A stretch of 64,000 bases of DNA from Takakia lepidozioides (lineage: Eukaryota; Plantae; Bryophyta): assembly GCA_030704615.1 (NCBI GenBank), contig CM060732.1, positions 58,218,001 through 58,282,000 on the forward strand, in the 5' to 3' direction. Below are positions 51,597 through 61,100 of the stretch, piece by piece (the first letter of the stretch is position 1; each line of letters starts with the position of its first letter). Both the position numbers and the translations under genes were made by a program. The notes under the pieces are model-generated. The model was given only the letters and a program-made list of their open reading frames with translations, had not been told where the DNA came from and made no database searches.

Positions 51597-54500
51597 GTGG
51601 GTTTACCATTTATATTTGCAAAGTTTCACAATAAGTTTGTGGGGATAATTTTCCAATGGTTGAAACTGTGACCTATGAATTAATCCCCGTATGTCTTGGA
51701 GAACAGGTGGGCTTGCCCCAGACGCCAGAGTCATAGTTGGTGCCGACTATTAACAAGGAAAGAGCCAAACATATTGGCGGTGCCATCCGGTTGTTGAGTG
51801 GCAGATGTTGGAAAAATAGTCGGTGCTGACTATTACGCTCGGGTTGGAGAGATAGGTTAGTTTGTAAAAATGTTTTTTTTGTTGAAATTGAAAACACTTA
51901 CTTGGTTCGTAGTCTATCCTAGACATTCTCTGAGCATGGAAGAGAAGCCACAGTCATTGTGGGTACCAAGTATTACATACAGGGACCGGGGCTATGCATG
52001 GTGCCTGTCCCATCCGGTTATTGCTTAGCAGAGGTGGGGAACATAGTCGGTGCCGACTATTAGGCTGGGGTTCCAGAGATCGTTGATTCCAGCTTTACAG
52101 TTTGTTTTTTGGTTGTTGGAGGTGCAGTCTGCAGTCTGTACGGACTATGAGAGGCCAATGATAACAGTAGACACAATTTTGGCATTGTATCTGACATTCA
52201 ATCATGCAGATTGTCATTTTCTACGCCTTCTGCCTTCTTAAAAGCTTGGAGGGCAATTTCCAGTTCCAGGATCTTGTTGAAAAGCTTGATAGCGACCATG
52301 ATGTCATTAGTGAAGACGTCATTCGAAACATGGTGAGAGCGGATAGGCTGCGCTGCACAAACGCCAAGATAGGTCTTTCCTACGGCGTGCACAGGAGAAA
52401 AGCCCTTGATTTGTGCAAACATAGCAATGATCTTCTGCCGTCCTAATCCATCTCTCGGTACTGCTGGCAATGGTTGTTCAGCACTATTCTAGATAATTGT
52501 GTCCCAAGGATGATAGCTACTGACAAGGATTTACCACCACATGGCCCATGGTAATCCCTCACTGAAGTATGTCTTATCAATTGATAACAAGGTTCATGCG
52601 CATCATCAACCATTTAGACTACATATTGTGACGGACAACGATCTTTGAGATGAACTTAGTGGCCGTGTGGCAGTCACCACACACGTAGGTTCTTCAGCCC
52701 AAAAGCAATGGCCAGGTTCTCACTATGGTGGCAAAGAGAAAATTCCTCTCACTCCTCCTCCGCATCGTGAAATACCAAGTGCATGTCAGGCACGTACCCT
52801 GCCTCCTTCATCTGCCCAGACAATTTTCTCAGCTCAAAATAGATTGCCTCAATTTGCGGATGTGATTTGTCATCGATAACAAAGTTATGCACCCTATCCC
52901 AGACCTCAATGTAGCAGTAACTTGGCTCCTCTCTGACACCTCTGACCTTCATCATTTTTCTCACCTTAGCAGTATCGTCCTACCTACCAACTGCAACAGA
53001 GATGTTCGATAGCAACACATGAGTTCCAGCATCTTGTCCATCCCACTCGAGAAAACATTTTGCCGCACGCTCTGCCACCTCCACATTGCCATGACTCCTG
53101 CAGGCACCAAGCAAGGCCCTCCACACATCCAGTTTGATTGGCATTTTATTGATCAAATCCTCTGCCTCGTCCAATCGCCATGCATGGTCAAGAAGGTCCA
53201 CCATGCAACCTATTTAAATGGCGAATGTATGAATCCCATCCAAATGATTTTTGTTTCTTTTCAAACTTATGAGAGCAGATCCTGGAGTCTTTATAGAGAT
53301 TCTCTGTACCATGCAGAGGCCCTTGGCAAGTAGGACCTGATTCTACATACCCTCAAACAGATCCATGACAAGTACGGGATCAATCGAACTTCATTAAAAT
53401 GGCAAATGTATGAATCCCAAACAGGTCCATGACAAGTATGGGTGCTGCACTGTTGGAGTCAGGCCATGATCTTGACTCAGGGAATAAAAGAAGTGTCTGC
53501 CTTCATCTAGTAGGCCCCCCCCATGGCTGCATGCAGAGAGAACACATAAAGGTGAAATTGTTTGGCTTCAAGCCTTCATTTTGTATCCCTTCACATAGTT
53601 GTAGGACCTCCCTATGACAACCATGATGGGCATATCATGCGGTCATTGCATTCCATGCACATCTCGTTTAGCCATATTTTCAAACACTCCCTTTGCATCG
53701 TTGATGCTCCCACACTTGGTGTACATGTCGATGAGGGTAGTATCGAAGATGATATTTGGCACAATTCCAGCTTTCATGATGTCAGCATGGACCTCTTTGT
53801 CTTTTTCTAGAGCTCCCAGGTTGGCACACGCATTGCAAACACACACGAATGTTCACTGGTTGGGGTTCACCCCTTCTTGCATCAGTTGATCATAGGTTTC
53901 CAAAGCCTCCATCCCACACCCATGTTGGGCGTATCCTGTGATCATTGCAGCCCACGATACCACTTTTTGTTCAGCCATATTGTCGAACAGCCCCTCTGCA
54001 TGCTTGATGCTCCCTGTCAAGTTATTTTACCACTAGTGTGAAACTAGCTAGGAAACAGCTAGCTTTTACATATTGACATTTGGGATTGGCCCAAGTGTCA
54101 ATCCAGGGGTCAAGGCAGATTTAGGCCCTGGAGTGATTATCTTCACGGCAAGCGCGGGAGGCTTATCTTTCTCGAGTTGAGCCTCACCGCGCCTAGCTAT
54201 GGCGCTGTAGTGTGGATTCCCCATGGCGTGGGGTGCACTTGGCTTGACTTGTATTTGAGTGATGATGTTATATATGTTTGAGTTTATGCTTCAGCTTTGT
54301 GAGCTCTCATGAGCTTGTGCTTGTATGTTGTCTTCTTTATCACTCGAGAAAGATGAGCTCGTATCTGTGAGTGCCAGATACGAGTTAGTTGTAGCACTTG
54401 TGGTTTTTGCTTGAGAATGAGAGAAACCAGGTTGTTATGCAAGGAGCATCATGGAGCTCTTGGTTGTTAGAAGCGGAGGCGATGTGGGTTACGAGGTGGT

Positions 54501-55864
54501 AGACCTTGGCATTTGATCTTCAGCTTCAGAGATGAAAGCACCATGTTGCAGGTAATTCTAGAGCGCCTTGATGGTTTTAGATTGTGTTCATGCATGAGCA
54601 AGCACGATTGGGAAGAGGACCAATCAAGAGCAGGTTATAGTGGCTTTGGTGGCAAAGCTGAGAATTGGACTTGGGAATGCGAGCTTTCATTGTGTGAAGG
54701 ATTGCAAGACCAAGCGAAAGGGCTGATTTGACTTGGGGCAAATCAGTGCACTTTGTGGAGTATGTTGAGATTGGGTTTCAATCTCGAGCTGCAGCATTGA
54801 GAGGGCTCTTGTCATGGCAAGAGCAGGGCTGGAACAAGAGCTAAGAGGTGCGGCAAGGCCATGGAATGTGCACCTAGGGTTTCAGAGCTTGGAAGAAGAG
54901 CTCTTGCACCACAAGAGGGGTGTCTTGTGGCTGGAAATGTAAGCCTTAGGGTTTCAGGAGCTTGGTAAGGGCTGTGGAGTGCTTAGTCTTGTCTTAGAGA
55001 GCATCAAGGAGCCAAGGAGCCAAGATAGAGGGTTGATACCTCTTGTGTGAAGAGGTTGCATGTGTGGAGCATGTATTCAGCTCATTGAAGCTGCCATCTT
55101 CAAGCTTGGAGGGCAAGCAAGGAAGAGGGAAGGGTTGACTTCCTTTATGTGAGGGCAATGCATGTGTGGAGCATGCTATCAGCGTGTTGAAGGCTTGTAC
55201 TTTCAGGTTCGGGAGTGCAAGAAAGGAAGAAAGGGGCTGGTTGCCCTATAGGGCATGTGTGGAGCATGCTTTCAACCTGCTGAAGCTTGTATTTTCAGGT
55301 TTGTGGGTGCAAGAAATGAAGCAAAGGAGCTGATTCTCTTGTGGTGAGAGTGGGGCATGTGTGGAGCATGCCTTCAGTCCATTGGGCTTTTGTTTTCAAG
55401 CTTTAGAGAGCTAGAATGGAAGGGCTAGGGCAGGTTCCCACTTGGGCGAAAGAAAAACACTTGTAGGGCATATGTGAGTTGGGGTTTCAACCCCGAGCCT
55501 AGATAGAGCATGGCTCTTGAAGTGGCAGGTGTAGGGGGCTGGAATAGGCTCTAAGACAGATGTTATGGCCAAGGAGAGTGCTTGAATGAGTGCTCACAAG
55601 GGCTGGAAACCAGCAAGGCTTGGTTGTTTGCCATTGAGTTTAGTGGCGTGTTTGGGGAGGCTAAGTGAGAAAGAAGGCTTGGTTTGTGGCAACCACCTCA
55701 TGGCTTAGGGCTACTATTGGTGGTGTGTGGGAGCCAAAAGAGCAAGAATACCTTGCTGATTTCCTCACAACCGCCATAGCTCGGTGCAAAGAAGCCTAGA
55801 GTCCAAGAGACACAAACCCTAGTTTGGCGTGGCTAAACCCCTTGGAGAAATGGCTAAACTGCCA

Positions 55865-56515
55865 GAGCGGCCATGGAAGGGCTGTGACGGGCTGTGACAG
55901 GCTGCGCCGGTGGCCTTGGGGGCTGTGATGGGCTGTGCCGGCTGCACCGGTGGCCTTCGGGGCTGTGACAGCCGTGCCCGAGGCCTTTGGGGCTGTGAGG
56001 GCCTGTGAGGGCCTGTGCCGGTGGCCTTCGGGGTTGTGAGGGGCTGTGACGGGCTGCGCCGGTGGCCTTGGGGGCTGTGACGGGCTGTGAGGGGCTGTGA
56101 CGGGCTGCGCCCCTGGCCTTGGGGCTGTGACAGGCTGTGCCCGTGGCCTTTGGGGCTGTGACAGGCCGTGCCGGAGGCCTTTGGGACTGTGACGGGCCGT
56201 GCCGGAGGCCTTTGGGACTGTGACGGGCTGTGAGGGGCTGTGACAGGCCGTGCCTGAGGCCTTTGGGGCTGTGAGGGGCTGTGACAGGCCTTACCTGTGG
56301 CCTTGGGGGCTGTGACAGTCTATGAGGGGCTGTGATAGGTCGTGCTTGAGGCCTTTGGGGCTGTGACAACAGGCTGTGAGGGGCTGTGACAGGCCGTGCC
56401 TGAGGCCTTTGGGGCTTTGACAGGCTGGGACAGGCCGTGCCTGAGGCCTTTGGAGCTGTGAGGGGCTGTGACAGGCCGTGCCTTAGGCCTATGTGGGGCT
56501 GTGACGGCTGTGACC
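55865..56515. repeat. GC-rich short-period tandem repeat inside the element
   Basis: Iterations of GGGGCTGTGA(C/G) and AGGCCGTGCCTGAGGCCTTT. Confidence 0.92.
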
Positions 56516-57399
56516 AGTGATTTGTGTAGGCCTGGGCTGGTCTGTGGTGGCCCGTGTTGACCTGTGGAGGGCCAGTGCTGACTCGTGGAGGCACTAGTGG
56601 ACTGTCTAAGGACTGGCATGTGGTCTTGAAGGCCAAATTCTTGACGCTCGTGGAGGCGGTCGAGGAATATCTTCATGATATTCCCATGGTTATGCAAGTG
56701 AGGGAAGAGAGGAGAGGAAGAGTGTTGGGATGAGAGCATGCTGGGGTTAGGCATTGTTTTAGCTTCTCTTCCTCGTAGTTTTCCACCCTCTCATTGGGCC
56801 AAGACCTTTCCGTAGGTGGAGGCAAGAGTCAGTCCGGGTTTGGGCTGGGGTGTCCTTGTAGGAGCAACACCGTGGAGTTGTTTTGGTGTGGGGGAGTTGT
56901 CGTTCTGATTTCTTGTGTTTGGATCCCCTCCATACCTGCATGCTTGATTGTGCGCCATGTTAGTTTGGTGTGGGTGCTTGTCTTTATAGGGGATTAGGCC
57001 GGATTTGATCACCGGCCAATCCTAGAGTATGCTCGATGGTGAGGCTGGAGTGAGACCAGTCAGACCATCATTGTTTCTCCTGTGGTGAGTTTGGAGGTGA
57101 TGACCAGCCAACCATAGAAGTGCTTGCGGTGGATGCAGGTGCAGGTGTAGGCGTGTTAGGAACCTAGTATTCCAACCATAAGCCACACAGGTTCTCTACC
57201 TTGTACCTTGTGGAGAGGGGGTTAGAGACATGTTCATGACCGGTTGAGTGACAGTTTGTCAACACGGAGGTGCCACTAGTTGTTGGGGAGAGTGCCGGTT
57301 CGAGCACTAGCGATACTAGTGGGTACACAAGACGAGGTGTGCGGTTTAGGCCACCTTCACCTCCTGTGTCTTCTACGGAGGTTTCTGATTCGGATTGTG

Positions 57400-58720
57400 A
57401 ATCAGGAAGACTCATACGGCGGTTGCAAGGTGTTTCCTGCCATTGTTGTGGGATACAATGGAGGAGATGTATGGAGCTACCAAGGGGCCACGAAGGTACT
57501 CTGGGGCAGTGGCACCATCGAGTTGGATGATTTTATCCAAGAGTTTGATAGTTGGTGTGATTTGCAGCAAATGCGCAATCCACAACTATTACTCCTTTCA
57601 TGGAATGGAAGGGGCTGTTTCAGCACCTTGAGGGCGCCTATGGATGATTACCATGAGTTCAGGCGGGGGCATGAGGTTGAGATCGAGGAGTGGAGGATGT
57701 ACTGGTCCCCCGACTAGTCTCCATCACTAGGGGCACTAGAGCCACGAGGGTAGTGGCTACACCTGCCGTTGCACTAGCAGCTTCAGCAAGCAGCAGTGGG
57801 ACTAGTGGGACTGGTGATGATACCATAGCTACGACGTCCACCCAAGCGACATGCTGCACCAGCACCAATGGCGGTGCTTGCCTTAACCCTGTTGTGGAGT
57901 TCTTCGAAGAGTAAGATGGAACTACCAGGGGTGGTGAGGGAGGACAGAGAAGTTGCGGAGCTTGCAAGAGTCCAACGGAAGCCGACTGAGAGCTTGAGGG
58001 AGGCTTCACTCGCATGAGGCGTTTGTGATAAATGTAACCCAAGGGTTACGGAAGCTCAGGCAGTCCAATTCTGGTATGGGATATTGGACAAGGAGCTGAG
58101 AGAAGGGTGCGGGATGGCAACTCTCCTACAAGCGGCCCAACCCACTTTAGCAAATGTGTTTTTGCTGGCAGAGCAGATAGAGCTCAACATGGTGGAGGAA
58201 CGAGTGGTCATGGTGTGGGATTTGCTAAGGGGACACCATGGGGGAGTGGTGCTCCTAGCCAACCACTACCTCAACGTGCTCAAGGCAACAAGGGGGCTCA
58301 AGTGAAGCTCAGGGAATGACAGAGAGGACCTCAGATGCAGGGGTCTCTCCCTTCATTTGCAGACCAACGACGGGTGGATGTGGTGTGGTGGACATGTGGA
58401 GGGCCCCATGTCAAGAAGGATTGCCCAGAGGGAGACAAAGGGCTAGCATATGCACATCCTGCACAGTTGTAGTGTGGGCATTGTGGCAAACACGGGCATG
58501 GAGAGGCCCGTGTTATGGTTTGCATCTGAGTTACGCCCAGGCCATCCAAGGGAAACAATGGTGGCCGAGGGCGGGGTGGAGCAGCCCAGAGAGGAGAGGT
58601 GGCCAGGCACGAGGTGTAGGCCAAGGGCAAGCTCAACATGGCCAAGGACGCAAAGGTCAGGGTGGTGACCAAGACATGGTCAATCGGCTTCAGCAGTTAG
58701 AGCAGAGACTCGCTGCCATG
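57400..58720 (+). pseudogene. Degenerate gag with two zinc knuckles
   Basis: LDDFIQEFDSWCD; QRKPTESL...FTRMRRL (MHR-like); WTCGGPHVKKDCP (~58386-58427); CGHCGKHGHGEAR/CYGLH (~58473-58530). Confidence 0.7.
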
Positions 58721-61100
58721 GCTACAGCTCAGGTGGTACCGGCTCCAAGGCGGATGGTCCACCTCCTGCTCTGAGGGAGGAGGACATGGGAGGCATGGGA
58801 TTTATGTGGGGGCAGCACTACCATAGTGCAGGTGGAGTCTGCTGCAGCCGGACTCGAGGAGCCGCACGAGTCCTGAGCCACGAGGGCAGAGGTGGAGTTG
58901 GATCCACAACGTGGGGAGGCAAGCCGTCAGGTAGGCTTCCTCAGTCATTCACATTGGCGGAGACAGTTCGACGCCATCCATGGCACCTATTTCTCGCCCG
59001 ACTGTTACCGAGGCGGAGGTTACTATGCCATTGGGGTACACGGGCAACACCACTACCTAGTATTGCAAAGGTTACGGCAGCTAGTGTGCTGATGGGAGCG
59101 GCCACATCTGTGTGCCAGGCTCCATTGTTCTCGGCTTACCATGATTGCAACGCCGGGGGTAAGACAAGCAGAGGTGTTTAGGCTGGCAGCTACACTTTGT
59201 GAGAGTGGGGAGGTATTTCATCTTCTGCGGAGATAGTGGGAGGTGTAGTGCCGGAGGGATCCTCGGATTTGAGGTCAAGATGCCATGGCGGCGCCATGGC
59301 AAGTGCAGCGCCAGGTTGATGGAGGAGCTGCCAGCAGGCCAGCCATTGAGCGCGCCATGGTGACACCTGGAGTTGTCTTGTTAGACAACCAAGATGGTAT
59401 TTTCTGTTTGAGTGGACCGGTCCACACTGCTTGGGATAGTGGCAGTGGACATGACTGGAGGCAGCTAACAAGACATGGGAGGCCAAGCTCATAGGAGTCA
59501 ATACACAAGATCCCAAGCTCAAGTTCACAAGTTGCAAGACGGCGACTAACGATGGGGCAACTCTTGCACCCGGCCGCTTGATCTATCGAACTTGAGTGTA
59601 GTAGGGACAGTGGTGGAGGACTTAGTAAGGCTATGGTCACTATCACATCTGTGGCTACCTGGACTTAGAGGGACCTAAGCACCAGCTAGGGGAGCGATTG
59701 TGGGACTAGTGACGGCCATAGTGGGCAGCATAGTGGGCAGCCTAATGACTGACTAGTGTAGCCTAGTGGTTGGACTAGTGGTTGGACTAGTGATATACTA
59801 GTGTATGGCGTGCACATGTGTTGTGTGGTTTTGGACAGCGATGTAGTTGTGTAACGGTATGTATGTGCACGACAGTTGTCAAGTTATTTTACCACTAGTG
59901 TGAAACTAGCTAGGAACAGCTAGCTTTACATATTGACATTTGGGATGGGCCCAAGTGTCATCCAGGGGTCAAGGCAGATTTAGGCCCGGAGTGGTTATCT
60001 TTCACGGCAAGCGCGGGAGGCTCATCTTCTCGATTTGAGCCTCACGCGCGCCTAGCTATGGCGCCGTAGTGTGGATCCCCATGCGTGGGGTGCATTTGCT
60101 TGACTTGTTATTGGGTGATGATGTTATATATGCCATGAGTTTATGCTTCAGCTTTGTGAGCTCTCATGAGCTTGTGCTTGTATGTCGTCTTCTTTATTAT
60201 TGTGTGGACTAGTGACTGCCATAGTGGGCAGCATAGTGGCAGCCTAGTGACTGACTAGTTGTAGCCTAGTGGTTGGACTAGTGGCTGGACTAGTGGTGGA
60301 CTAGTGATATCTAGTGTGTGGCGTGCACATGTGTGGTGTGGTTTTGGACAGCGACGTAGCTTTATAGCGATATGTATGCGCACGACATCCCGCATTTGGC
60401 ATACGTATTCACGAGGGTGGTGTCCAAGATGACATTTGGCAATTTCCAGCTTTCATGATGTCAGCATTGACCTCTTTGCCCTTTTCTAGGGCTCTCAGGC
60501 TGGCACATGCATTGCAAACGCAAACCAATGTGATCTAGTTGGGCTTCAACCCTTCCCACAATCGTTTGCTTATAGGTCTCCAAAGCCTCCATTCCAAAAC
60601 CATGCTTGGCATATCTGCAATCATTGCACCATATGGTGCAGGCATATTGTCGAAACACTCCCTTTGCATCCTTGAGGCTCCCACATTGGCATTACATGTC
60701 GACAAGGGGACTATCCAAGACGAATTTGGCACAATTCAGCTTTCATGATGTCAACATAGACCTCTTTGCCCTTTCCAGAGCTCCCAGACTGGCCACACGC
60801 AGTAATGCAGACGAATGTGACTTGGTTGGGCTTCACCCATCCTGCATCATTTGCTCACATATCTCCAAGCCTCTATACCGAACCCTTGCTGGCATACCCT
60901 GCTATCATTGCACCCATGAAACCACATTTCGTTCAGCCATATTGTTGAGCACTCCCTTTGCATCTCGATGCTCCCGCATTTGGCCTACATGTCATCTAGG
61001 GTAGTATCCAAGTCCAAGGGTTCCCTACATATCACTGCTTCATATACCTTGCCATCAGTATATTCCCCGTATCTTGTTTCTTGCGCCCCGTTAAAGTAAC

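Larger units (their letters stand above)
54015..60387 (+). mobile_element. Non-autonomous gag-bearing retroelement with split direct repeats A1-internal-B1-A2-B2 and 4-bp TSD TCCC
   Basis: A1 54015-54342, B1 59699-59874, A2 59877-60199, B2 60201-60387. TCCC at 54011-54014 and 60388-60391, with a single copy in the paralog at ~47277-47280. Ends are TGTC...GACA. Confidence 0.88.
52630..61020 (-). pseudogene. PLS-E-DYW PPR pseudogene (right arm), split by the 54015-60387 insertion
   Basis: Mirror copy of 46640-48655. Confidence 0.9.
46555..61100. repeat. Large inverted duplication: arm 46555-48865 versus arm 52422-54014 plus 60388-61100
   Basis: Reverse-complement identity seen directly and as near-identical ORFs on opposite strands (48086..48310 + versus 52980..53204 -). 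The spacer is ~3.55 kb. Confidence 0.95.

Noticed and set aside
55854-56754. Pro/Ser/Ala-rich minus-strand ORFs
   Set aside because: By-product of the GC-rich tandem repeat.
54015-60387. Ordinary LTR element with LTR = A or A+B
   Set aside because: The left end has A only, the PPT precedes B rather than A, and an extra B lies inside the TSD.
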